64,000 nucleotides of DNA, from the IMG/VR virus record IMGVR_UViG_3300033066_001786, positions 1-64,000 of that record. One strand, written 5' to 3'. The translations under genes were made by a program, and so were the position numbers. Below, one piece after another: positions 1 to 9,200 of the stretch. Source of the DNA: a virus (lineage: Duplodnaviria > Caudoviricetes). Each line of letters opens with the position of its first letter. The first letter of the stretch is position 1. Under the pieces are notes generated by a model. That model made no database searches. It was not told the origin of the DNA and was given only the letters and a program-made list of their open reading frames with translations.

Positions 1-1226
1 CCTCTTACAGCCATTTTCAGAACAGAAAGATCGTAAGGTTCTGACACTAAAGGCGCAGTAGAATATAAAGTATTTGCTTTAATATTACCAGTTGAGTCCC
101 TTTGTACTATAGTATTTGCTGTTTCGTTTACGTCGTTTGTTAAGTCGTTGAGTAAAACTGAATTATCTGCGGTTCCCTTAAAGTTAGTAGCAAAAACCTC
201 GTTAAATTTTAATGTAGCCGTTCCTAAATCTAAAGAATTATTACTTATAGGTGTTATAGGACCATTTAAAATAAAACCGGCATCGGTTAATACTTTTTCG
301 GTTCCTTTCCAAGTAATACCCGTTGCAGAAACTGATAAATCGGTATACGTTATATCTACCCCTGAAGTACCTGTGTTTGCAACTGATAATTTTATAGTAC
401 CATTTTTACTTCCTGTTTCGAATGATATTTTTGCAGCACCGTTATTCGTTGTTGCATACTTATCTGCAGTACCAATAGTAGTATAATACGATCCTGCTTT
501 AACGAATATATCGTTGTTGTATACTTCGATAAAAGATTTCCCATTATCGAGTGTTATCGGTTTACCAGAAGTAGTGCTAAACAATGCACTTTTTATAAAA
601 GTGATATCGCCATCGGCAGTATCGTTTATATCAGATCTTAAAAATTGAGTAGAACTTATTCCAGATAACGATGTTGCATCGGCTACCCCACCGCCAGATA
701 CGATAAAATTTGCATCTATGTATGCTTTGTCGTATACATTTAAATTATTTCTTGCACTTACAACGTCAGTTAAATCTGATAAGTTATTAGCAGCAACTAA
801 TTGTGTTGCATTGATAACATTGCTAAGGCCTATTTGTGCTTTTGTTACATTGTGCGGGTTGTTAAAATCTAGTAAATGAGAAGAAAAATCGTTAAGTGAA
901 ATTTCGAAAGGTTTTACCCAGTCGTTAATTAATGTGCTATCTCCGCCGTTTCTTGTGTCTTCGCCGTCGTACACGTATATTATTTTCTCGGTTTTGTTAT
1001 ACCATATTTGACCTTGTACTGCATTTGCAGGAGGCGTATCGCCTGCAAAGTTTTCTAAGCTCCAAAGAATTGCTTCTTGCAAAGGCTTAGGATAATCTTC
1101 ATAATATAATCCGATTAAAGGAATAGATATCTGACTGCTATCTAAAGTTTCGTCTCTTATAATAAAAGGCTGTTGGTTATTAGTTGAAAGGCCTTTTTCG
1201 GAATATCTTACTATTTGTGTGCTCAT
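1..1226 (-). CDS. Tail fibre / virion structural protein (3' end runs off the window)
   Basis: Not in the ORF track. ATG at 1226 on the minus strand, open to the window edge: MSTQIVRYSEKG...LENFAGDTPPANAVQGQIWY...NPHNVTKAQIGL...FLRSD..., motifs typical of phage fibre proteins. Preceded by a minus-strand GATAAATA. Confidence 0.75.
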   Translation of the reverse strand, partial: MSTQIVRYSEKGLSTNNQQPFIIRDETLDSSQISIPLIGLYYEDYPKPLQEAILWSLENFAGDTPPANAVQGQIWYNKTEKIIYVYDGEDTRNGGDSTLINDWVKPFEISLNDFSSHLLDFNNPHNVTKAQIGLSNVINATQLVAANNLSDLTDVVSARNNLNVYDKAYIDANFIVSGGGVADATSLSGISSTQFLRSDINDTADGDITFIKSALFSTTSGKPITLDNGKSFIEVYNNDIFVKAGSYYTTIGTADKYATTNNGAAKISFETGSKNGTIKLSVANTGTSGVDITYTDLSVSATGITWKGTEKVLTDAGFILNGPITPISNNSLDLGTATLKFNEVFATNFKGTADNSVLLNDLTNDVNETANTIVQRDSTGNIKANTLYSTAPLVSEPYDLSVLKMAVR

Positions 1227-1250
1227 ATCTTCTCAAAACAAGGTTTTATA

Positions 1251-1285
1251 TATTTATCAAAAAAACATGGTGCGATTGATAAATA
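1251..1285. promoter_or_regulatory. Divergent pair of putative late promoters (TTGATAAATA)
   Basis: tatttatcaa at 1251-1260 (minus strand) and ttgataaata at 1276-1285 (plus strand) between two divergent genes. Confidence 0.65.
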
Positions 1286-1306
1286 CTACGTTAATTGGGA
1301 GTTATT

Positions 1307-1714
1307 ATGTCTGACGAAGAACATTTAAAAATAGAATGTAAAGTACCAATCGAGACTGCAAAGGAAAGAAAAATAAGAATAGATGCAAGTCTTGCATTTC
1401 TTACTTTCTTTATAGTTTTAATGATTATATTGTGTACAGGCGGTGTATATTATTTGTTCATGGGTAAAGCTAACTGGTTATTAATAATTATCAGTACACA
1501 TTTTATGCCATTGTTTATTCCTCCTTTGTTAATGATTGCCTCGTTAGCAGTAGTGCTATCTCTTAGACAAGCATCTGGGCCACTTGAATTTAAAGTTCTT
1601 GGATTTGAAGTAAAAGGTTCTGCAGCACCTATTATAATGTGGGTGTTGATATTTTTGTGCTTTGTATATGCTGTCCAGATGTTTTGGCCGATGTTTACCT
1701 TACCGCCAACGTAA
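1307..1714 (+). CDS. Hypothetical membrane protein (about 3 TM segments)
   Basis: ATG at 1307 after GGGAG; three hydrophobic stretches. Confidence 0.65.
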   Translation: MSDEEHLKIECKVPIETAKERKIRIDASLAFLTFFIVLMIILCTGGVYYLFMGKANWLLIIISTHFMPLFIPPLLMIASLAVVLSLRQASGPLEFKVLGFEVKGSAAPIIMWVLIFLCFVYAVQMFWPMFTLPPT

Positions 1715-1715
1715 T

Positions 1716-1723
1716 GATAAATA
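1716..1723 (+). promoter_or_regulatory. Putative late promoter upstream of the polyamine cluster
   Basis: GATAAATA 27 nt before the speD start; GGAG RBS follows. Confidence 0.55.
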
Positions 1724-1750
1724 AACTATTGTTTATATGGAGTAACAATA

Positions 1751-2101
1751 GTGGCAGATTATAAAGGCAAGCATGTTGTTTGTGATATGATATTAAAAGA
1801 GAATGTTGATATTTCGCAATTAATGGTTTATATTGAGGAATCGATAAAACATGCGAAAATGAACGTAGTTGACGTATTACATAAGCCTTTTGACCCGCAT
1901 GGTGACACAGTAGTTTGGATTTTATCGGAATCACATTTTTCCTTGCACACCTACCCCGAAAGCTGTTATATTAGCGTTGATTGTTATACTTGCGGAGAAG
2001 AAGGTGACCCGCATGCAGCAATTAATTATTTAAGAAAGGTATTACAACCAAAGAACACATCTGAAACTTTTTTATTAAGAGGTATGGTCGGTGAAGATTA
2101 A
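1751..2101 (+). CDS. speD: S-adenosylmethionine decarboxylase proenzyme (pyruvoyl-dependent, class 1b SpeD/SpeH family)
   Basis: Self-cleavage motif LSE|SHFSLHTYPE, DCYTCG, F.PHG.T, 116 aa. Confidence 0.9.
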   Translation: MADYKGKHVVCDMILKENVDISQLMVYIEESIKHAKMNVVDVLHKPFDPHGDTVVWILSESHFSLHTYPESCYISVDCYTCGEEGDPHAAINYLRKVLQPKNTSETFLLRGMVGED

Positions 2102-3203
2102 AGTTTCCCCATCTGAAGAAGAAAACGTCTACAAATCGTATGTAACAGACGAAAGAGCAACTTTAATACTTAATAAAGGCATAGTAGCAGAGCAGTACAA
2201 AAAAATAACAGCAGCACTTCCTAGCGTAACCATGTATTATGCTATTAAGTCTATGCCGGATAAAGAAGTAATTAACACATTATACGAATGCGGATGTAAT
2301 TTTGATGTTGCAACATCAGGCGAAATCGATATCCTTAAAGAGCTATCAGTTGAATCTGAAAAAACTATTCATACGCACCCTATTAAAACTCAATTTGAAA
2401 TAGAAAAAGCAATCGAGTATGGTTGTGAAGTATTTGTAGTTGACAACTTACATGAACTTCTTAAATTTATACCATATAAAGATAAAGTATCGGTTTTGGT
2501 ACGGGTTAGCTTTAGAAGCGCAAATGCAAAGATTGATCTGTCTAAAAAGTTTGGTTGTAATGCAGACAAGATAGAAGAAATGCTTAGTAATGCAAGATCG
2601 CTAGGTATTAAAGTGATAGGCCTTTCGTTTCATGTCGGGTCTCAAAATACAGACCCTTCTATGTATGTTACTGCTATTAGTAAATGTGCAACAGTTTTCG
2701 AAAACTACACAAATTTAAAAGTGTTAGATATTGGCGGAGGGTTCCCTATTGCATACGATGGCGACGATATTAATATTGTTGAGTTTTGTGCGCCAATTAA
2801 TACAGCACTTGAACTAATACGTAAAGATGTAAAGGTAATTGCAGAACCAGGTAGATTTATATCTGGTCCAAGCGTAAAAGCAGTTACTACTATTGTCGGC
2901 AAAGCAATTAGAGATGACCGGGTTTGGTATTATTTAAACGACGGAGTCTACGGTTCTTATAGTGGTACTATTTTTGACCATGTTGCATATCCTATTCAAG
3001 TTTTTAGCGATAGCGACGAACTTCAGAAATGTGTACTTGCAGGCCCAACGTGCGATAGCGTCGATGTTATTGCAGAAGATATAATGCTACCAGATTTAGA
3101 AATAGGCGATATAATTGTAGGACATCAAATGGGGTCGTATACGCATGCGACTACTACGGAATTTAACTGTATTAAAAAGCCGAGGATTATTTATGTCTTA
3201 TAA
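2091..3203 (+). CDS. Ornithine (or lysine/ornithine) decarboxylase, PLP fold-type III
   Basis: YYAIKS (PLP lysine), FDVATSGE, KFG, SFHVGSQ, DIGGGF, EPGRF, DGVYGS, GPTCDS. Confidence 0.9.
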   Translation: MKIKVSPSEEENVYKSYVTDERATLILNKGIVAEQYKKITAALPSVTMYYAIKSMPDKEVINTLYECGCNFDVATSGEIDILKELSVESEKTIHTHPIKTQFEIEKAIEYGCEVFVVDNLHELLKFIPYKDKVSVLVRVSFRSANAKIDLSKKFGCNADKIEEMLSNARSLGIKVIGLSFHVGSQNTDPSMYVTAISKCATVFENYTNLKVLDIGGGFPIAYDGDDINIVEFCAPINTALELIRKDVKVIAEPGRFISGPSVKAVTTIVGKAIRDDRVWYYLNDGVYGSYSGTIFDHVAYPIQVFSDSDELQKCVLAGPTCDSVDVIAEDIMLPDLEIGDIIVGHQMGSYTHATTTEFNCIKKPRIIYVL

Positions 3204-3333
3204 GATATCTTTGTTTTTGTTGCTATTTACGACAATGGTAGGTTGTACAAATAAAACAACATTTGATATTAGGATCGACGAATTATGCAAAGATCCGGCT
3301 AATTTAAAATATAAAGAATGTAAAGGAAAATAA
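3193..3333 (+). CDS. Small putative lipoprotein (46 aa)
   Basis: ATG at 3193 after GAGG; MSYK, hydrophobic core, MVG-C lipobox-like motif. Confidence 0.55.
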   Translation: MSYKISLFLLLFTTMVGCTNKTTFDIRIDELCKDPANLKYKECKGK

Positions 3334-3334
3334 T

Positions 3335-3493
3335 ATGAATAGAAAAGTATGGTTAATAATCGCAGTTGCTAGTTTAAGTATGGCATTATTTGTGCCTGAT
3401 TGGAAAAGCGGAGTAATTGCACAAGAATACAATTACTCGGTTAATTCAACATACGTCGGTTCTAATATTAAAGAAAATTCTACAACTAAATAA
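3335..3493 (+). CDS. Small secreted/membrane peptide (52 aa)
   Basis: MNRKVWLIIAVASLSMALFV...; fills the gap exactly, and its TAA overlaps the next ATG. Confidence 0.55.
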   Translation: MNRKVWLIIAVASLSMALFVPDWKSGVIAQEYNYSVNSTYVGSNIKENSTTK

Positions 3494-4545
3494 TGGGCAA
3501 AATAACTCTTGCTAATTGGTACGGGGAATCTTTTATTAAAAAAGAGAGGGTTATGTTTGACCCTTTTTCCCCTTATTTGAATTGTTACGGTCACGTCGAT
3601 CAATTCGAAAACAACGATGCAAATGTAATTTTTAATAAAGACGAACCGGGTATTTTAGTAGTAGAAGACGGGAAAAATGCTAATATCGTTCGCAATGCAT
3701 GCTCTCATCGTCAAGCAATAATTGCAAGCGATACTTGCAAAAGGAAATCATTAAGGTGCCCTGCACACGCATGGAATTATGATTTATCTGGTACATTATT
3801 GCATACACCGTTATATCAAGGCGATTGCGGTAAATCTCTCAAAAAAACACCGTTAGATAAAATTAAAGGGTTGATGTATAGCGGAAATACAGAGTCAGTT
3901 GTTGATTTTTATAGAAATTTTTATCTAGCTGAGGATCTTTTTAATTTCGAAGATTTGAATTTGTACTCGAGTCAAACAGAGACTTACGATTTTAACTGGA
4001 AAACATTCTTGGATGTATATCTAGAGTTGTACCATGTTAAACCTGTTCACCCTGGACTTGGTAATTTTGTTGACGGTGTTAATTATAAGTGGTATTTTGG
4101 CAAAGGGTGGTCGGCACAAGTAATGCCCCTTAGCACTAAAAAATGCCCTTTTAGTTCGCATTGGAAAAACTATCAAGACATAGTTTTTGCAGATAAAGAA
4201 CTAGTAGAACAGAATATTGCTGCTATATGGGTGTTATTATATCCAGGTGTTATGTTAGAATGGTACCCGCATGCAAAAGTAATTTCTACACTTAAACCTG
4301 CACCAAATGGCAAATGCCTAAACAAAGTAGAAGTGTACTCTAATAGCAACACCTCAACTTTAGAACTTTTAACTAGTGCATATAATGAAAGTGCAAACGA
4401 AGATGCAAGTGCATGTTTAGGCATAGAACAAGGAAGAAAGATAATGTGGGATGCAGAAGAATACGTTGACTACTCTAAGACAGTATACGTAGATAAACAC
4501 GAAGATGGGATCCCACATTTTTATAATTGGTTAGCTAATCGTTAG
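3493..4545 (+). CDS. Rieske non-heme iron oxygenase, putrescine 2-hydroxylase-like
   Basis: Rieske CSH...CPAH ligands; mononuclear Fe region NWKTFLDVYLELYHVKPVHPGLGNFV; AIWVLLYPGVMLEWYPH; distal NED; C-terminal EDGIPHFYNW. Confidence 0.8.
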   Translation: MGKITLANWYGESFIKKERVMFDPFSPYLNCYGHVDQFENNDANVIFNKDEPGILVVEDGKNANIVRNACSHRQAIIASDTCKRKSLRCPAHAWNYDLSGTLLHTPLYQGDCGKSLKKTPLDKIKGLMYSGNTESVVDFYRNFYLAEDLFNFEDLNLYSSQTETYDFNWKTFLDVYLELYHVKPVHPGLGNFVDGVNYKWYFGKGWSAQVMPLSTKKCPFSSHWKNYQDIVFADKELVEQNIAAIWVLLYPGVMLEWYPHAKVISTLKPAPNGKCLNKVEVYSNSNTSTLELLTSAYNESANEDASACLGIEQGRKIMWDAEEYVDYSKTVYVDKHEDGIPHFYNWLANR

Positions 4546-4582
4546 ATTTCTGATAAATATAAGAAATGACTAGGCGGTTACT

Positions 4583-4762
4583 ATGTTTTCTAGTATCAAA
4601 CACCATGTTAGGGATATTATATTAAGCGAGTGTGACGATTTAATAATCGATATACTTAAAGAGAAGCTCGATATATCTGTTACTAGGGAAAAAGATAATA
4701 TTGTTTTTGTAGTAAAGTTTGGCGGTGTACTAGTTAAACAAGATTCGGTTTCTGTTAAATAA
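4583..4762 (+). CDS. Hypothetical protein (59 aa)
   Basis: Below the ORF-track cutoff; GATAAATA at 4552-4559, AGGCGG RBS, stop overlaps the next ATG. Confidence 0.6.
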   Translation: MFSSIKHHVRDIILSECDDLIIDILKEKLDISVTREKDNIVFVVKFGGVLVKQDSVSVK

Positions 4763-5571
4763 TGTTTTATAGTTTATTACAAGAAAAAACATCACACGAA
4801 ATAGGCTTAGATTTAATATCTACAGTTGTTGCTGATTATATTGTAAATGATTATATACCGTCTACTAAGAAACTAATAAGATCTAAAAACACAGTAACTG
4901 ATAGTAAAAATCCATATTTAGAATTTTGTTTTTTGTCCGGCGAAAAACCAAAAAACGGTTATTTAGGCGGAGAAGAAATAGACGTTAATCAATACACTTT
5001 ATTCGTGTTTGATACCGGGAAAGTTGGTAATAATATACCCGATAACATACGGTCCAAAATAGATTCAGATGTGTACGAATCTATTAAGAACTGCAAAGTA
5101 TGTTTAGAGCCGATATCTAGCGGCATAGACGGATATTTTAATAAAACAGATAAAACTGTTGCTCTTAATATACTAACAATGAATAACAATAACAAATGGT
5201 TAAAATCAAAAATTAAAACAAATTTAGTACATGAATTTAGGCATTTTTTAGATTCTAAGATGTCCAAAGGAAAAGCTAAATTTCACTATTACGATGATAC
5301 ACAAGAAACCGTAACAGATGCTTACTTGAAGAATCCGGCTGAAGCTAATGCTAGATTTTCTCAAGCCACGTCCGATATGATTAGTAAATTAAAAAGAGAA
5401 AAGAACAACACAGCCTTTACTAAAGAAGAATTTATAAAGTATGTAGATCTTCTTTTTCGAAGGCATAACATCAAAGTAAAAGGTCAAATATTAACACACA
5501 ACAATAAGCAATATTCTAGGTTTTTTAATAGGGCTTTAAATTTATACGACGAGATTAGAGGAACAAAATGA
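4762..5571 (+). CDS. Putative zincin-like (HExxH) metalloprotein
   Basis: LVHEFRHFLD plus downstream Y..NPAEANAR. Confidence 0.55.
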   Translation: MFYSLLQEKTSHEIGLDLISTVVADYIVNDYIPSTKKLIRSKNTVTDSKNPYLEFCFLSGEKPKNGYLGGEEIDVNQYTLFVFDTGKVGNNIPDNIRSKIDSDVYESIKNCKVCLEPISSGIDGYFNKTDKTVALNILTMNNNNKWLKSKIKTNLVHEFRHFLDSKMSKGKAKFHYYDDTQETVTDAYLKNPAEANARFSQATSDMISKLKREKNNTAFTKEEFIKYVDLLFRRHNIKVKGQILTHNNKQYSRFFNRALNLYDEIRGTK

Positions 5572-5996
5572 TATTATGTGATTTGTTTGAAGATAATGCA
5601 TACGTGCAAAAATTCGAGGAAGATAAGCTTCTTACTAAAGAGCAGTTAGACCAAATAGAACATAAACTTAGAAATCTATTTGCAAGCGATAATATTATTT
5701 TTAGGTTCTCGGCTCACTTTTTAGAGCAGGTAAACTTAAAAAGGAATAAAGAGCCTATTACTGAACAAGAAATACTCTTAATGTTTACTAAATTGCATGC
5801 AAGATACATTGCCCATTTAAAAAAATTAAACATTAAAAGAGTTGAGATGGTAGTTAAAGATCAAGAAACTGATTTAAATGCCCCGCTAGTATATGAGTTC
5901 GACCGCAATGCGAGAAAAATGCTTTTTTATGTAAAAACTATTATGCGGAAAAAGAATTTCTTCTCGCAAGAGTCTGATGTTGTATTGGTTGTATAA
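5568..5996 (+). CDS. Hypothetical phage protein, possible BECR/RelE-like fold
   Basis: FSAHF...RN..PI...KTIMRKKNF pattern; overlaps neighbouring genes. Confidence 0.45.
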   Translation: MILCDLFEDNAYVQKFEEDKLLTKEQLDQIEHKLRNLFASDNIIFRFSAHFLEQVNLKRNKEPITEQEILLMFTKLHARYIAHLKKLNIKRVEMVVKDQETDLNAPLVYEFDRNARKMLFYVKTIMRKKNFFSQESDVVLVV

Positions 5997-6217
5997 TGAG
6001 AATATCTGATGTAATTATCTTGTGCGAAAAAAAAGTCCAGTCATCCTGGCTGTCAAGTGTTACTAGGCGCGGTAAAAATGCACTAATTGTGACTAACGGC
6101 GGACAACAATATACCGTACATGGTGTACCGCAAGACATAATTAAATTATGGATTGCTTCGCAATCTAAAGGTCAATTTTTCCACCAGAACATAAAAGGAA
6201 AATACGTTATAACTTAA
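5996..6217 (+). CDS. KTSC domain protein
   Basis: VQSSWLSSV...G.QYTVHGVP......I.SQSKGQFFHQNIKGKY, the KTSC pattern. Confidence 0.75.
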   Translation: MRISDVIILCEKKVQSSWLSSVTRRGKNALIVTNGGQQYTVHGVPQDIIKLWIASQSKGQFFHQNIKGKYVIT

Positions 6218-6270
6218 TTCGGGTTATCCTCTACCATTTAGTGATAAATAATGGATAGTAGAGGATAATC

Positions 6271-9200
6271 ATGGATACATCTGCAGGATCAAATAGTACA
6301 CCTACAAACATCGACGGTAATGCATCTACAGCAACAGCATTACAAACACCTCGGAATATACAAGGTGTTAAGTTTGACGGCACAGAAGATATTAAGCTCG
6401 ACATTAAAGCCGAGGAATTATCTGGCACTACACTCTCTTCTAATATTACTAAATCTAATTTAACTAGTGTTGGTGTTTTAACTGATCTAACAGTTATTAA
6501 TCCTATTAAAGGTACAATTATAGGATCAGATGTATCTATAATTGGTAATGCAGGTTCTGCTACGAAACTCGAAAATGCAAGAAATATAAACGGTGTGCCT
6601 TTTGACGGTACACAAGATATTGTTGTAGTAGCTGATGCAAATACTTTAACAGGCGACACAATACCAACGAATATAAAATATTCTTCGTTAACTTCAGTCG
6701 GAGTATTAGATTATCTTACTGTTAGAACACCTATAGTAGGTGATTTAACAGGTAACGCAGATACTGCTAACTTAGCAACTAATGTTTTAACAAACGCAAA
6801 TTTATCAGGTGATGTATCGAGTGTTGGCAATGTTACTACGATAAATTCTCACAAAGTAATTAATTCAATGTTGCAAACAGTTGCAACATCTACTTTTAAA
6901 GGTAGAATTACATCCGGCACTGGAGACGTAGAAGATCTTACAAGTACACAAGCCACTTCGATACTTAATACAATGGTAGGCGATAGTGGATCAGGCGGCA
7001 CCAAAGGTTTAGTGCCTGCCCCCATAACAGGCGACTCTACTAAATTTTTAAGAGGCGACGGAACCTGGGCACCGGCAAGTTATAGTTCTGGCGTAATGTG
7101 GGACTATAAAGCAAATACAGTTGCCACATCAGGTTCCCCTTCTAGTGGCCATTTACTATGGAATAATGCAACTCAGATTAGTGCAACAGAATTACATGTA
7201 CATAAGTTAGCAGATGACGGTATAGATCTTAGTATATTTTTATCTTTACTTGATACTGCATACTTATTGTATATTCAAGATGTTAATAATGCTGCAAATT
7301 ACCAAACTTGGCAAATAAGCGGTACTACTACTGATGTAGGATCAGTTTATTGGGTTGTACCGGTAACACTTGTTAATTCCGGAGGCACAGGAACAACAGG
7401 TTTTTCAAATAATGCCCAGATATTAGTTATAAACAAAACGTCTGCATCTTCGTTTGTTTCTTCTGTTTCGGTAGTTGCTGCAAACGGTTTCGACGGCACA
7501 GTAGCAAATGCATATACTAATCCCGCTATAACATTAAAAACTACAATTACAGGCATAATAAAAGGTAACGGCACTTCTATTTCGGCTGCGATATCCGGGA
7601 CAGATTATCAACCGGCACTAGGTTTTACACCTGAAGATGTAGCAAATAAACAAACAGACTTAACAGCAAGTGCCACAAAGTACCCAACTGTAAATGCAGT
7701 TAATACTGGATTATCAAATACGCTTTCCGCAGCTGAAACGTATTCTGCTAATCCTGCTAATATAACACAAGACAGCACACATAGGTTTTCTAGCGACTCT
7801 GAAAAATCTACATGGAACGGTAAACAAGATGCTTTAGGTTTTACACCTGAAGATGTAGCAAATAAACAAACAAACTTAACAGCAAGTGCTACAAAGTATC
7901 CAACTGTAAATGCAGTTAATACTGGCTTAGGTCTTAAAGTTGACCAAACAACAACAGTTAACGGGCATGCATTAACTTCTAACATTTCGCTAAGTTATTC
8001 CGATGTAGGTGCTGATGCATCCGGTGCAGCCGCATCAGCACTATCTTCGGCTCAGTCTTATGCAGATGGAAAAGTACAAAATAGTTTAGTTGCATCTACT
8101 ACTATTGCACCTTCTGCAAGTGCTGTTAATACAGGTTTATCAGGTACATTAACAACAGCAGAAGGATACACAGACACGCAAATCGGAATTGAAGCTTCGT
8201 CTAGATCAACAGCCGATACTAGACTACTTTCTCCTAACTCTGGTGTATTAACCGGCCTTGCAGTAACAATTAATGTAGACCCTACTAAATTTGACATTGC
8301 AGCAGGAACAGGCATAGTAGTTGATTGGACAACCCCTGCTACACCAACTATTACGTATGTATCTTATGCTGGAAGTACAGGTAATACAATACCTTCTATG
8401 GCAGCAGGATACACAAGAATATATATAGATAAAACCGGAACATTAATTAAATCGTCCGGCGGACTTGATACAGCTTCATTTAGACGTAATTACATTGTGT
8501 TGCCAATTTTATATCACCCCGATCATGCAACTATAACAAATGTTTCAACAGATAGAAAACCTGCATACGAAGAAGTAGAAGCGTTAAACGATTATGTTAA
8601 AGCATTAGGGCCGATTAATACTGGTAACGGAATTACTGCAAACGGTGCAAATTTAAATATCAATAAAGCAGCAGGTGTTTTTACTGTGTTATGGGCAAAT
8701 CAATCAACTGATGGACAAGACCCATGCAACGTAACAATGTCATCTGCTACTTCGCCTTCTTTTGCTACAGTATACAGAAATGGTAGCGGAGGTAATACTG
8801 AAACAGTTCCAGCGTCAACTGTTGATGTTACACATTACGACGACGGTTCAGGTACACTTGCAACTCTAACTGCTAGTTACTGGGTTAATAATAGATTTTA
8901 TGTTTTTCCTAATAATCAGATTGTTATGGCCTACGGTCAGAGCCAATATAAAACATCTGCAGACGCTGTAGCAGCAATATACACTGAAACATTTGTTGCA
9001 CCTGTTGGATATACACAAGGAAAAGCCGTTACTGTTGTGTCTGTGCAAAAAAGTTCTACAAATTTAAGCACACAGGCAATTTTTACAAATTTAAACACTC
9101 TTACAGCAGGCGGGTTAAATGTAACTATACCGTCTTTGCAGGCAGCATTTAATGCATCACCCGTTTCTCCTACTCCTGATATTATTACTAATAGTGTAAA

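Noticed and set aside
148-486. 112-aa plus-strand ORF in the track
   Set aside because: It is the antisense shadow of the minus-strand fibre gene 1-1226, which has recognisable motifs and its own promoter motif.
7619-7925. Repeat pair as a diversity-generating retroelement TR/VR
   Set aside because: Mismatches are not adenine-specific, both copies are in frame in one gene, and no reverse transcriptase is present.
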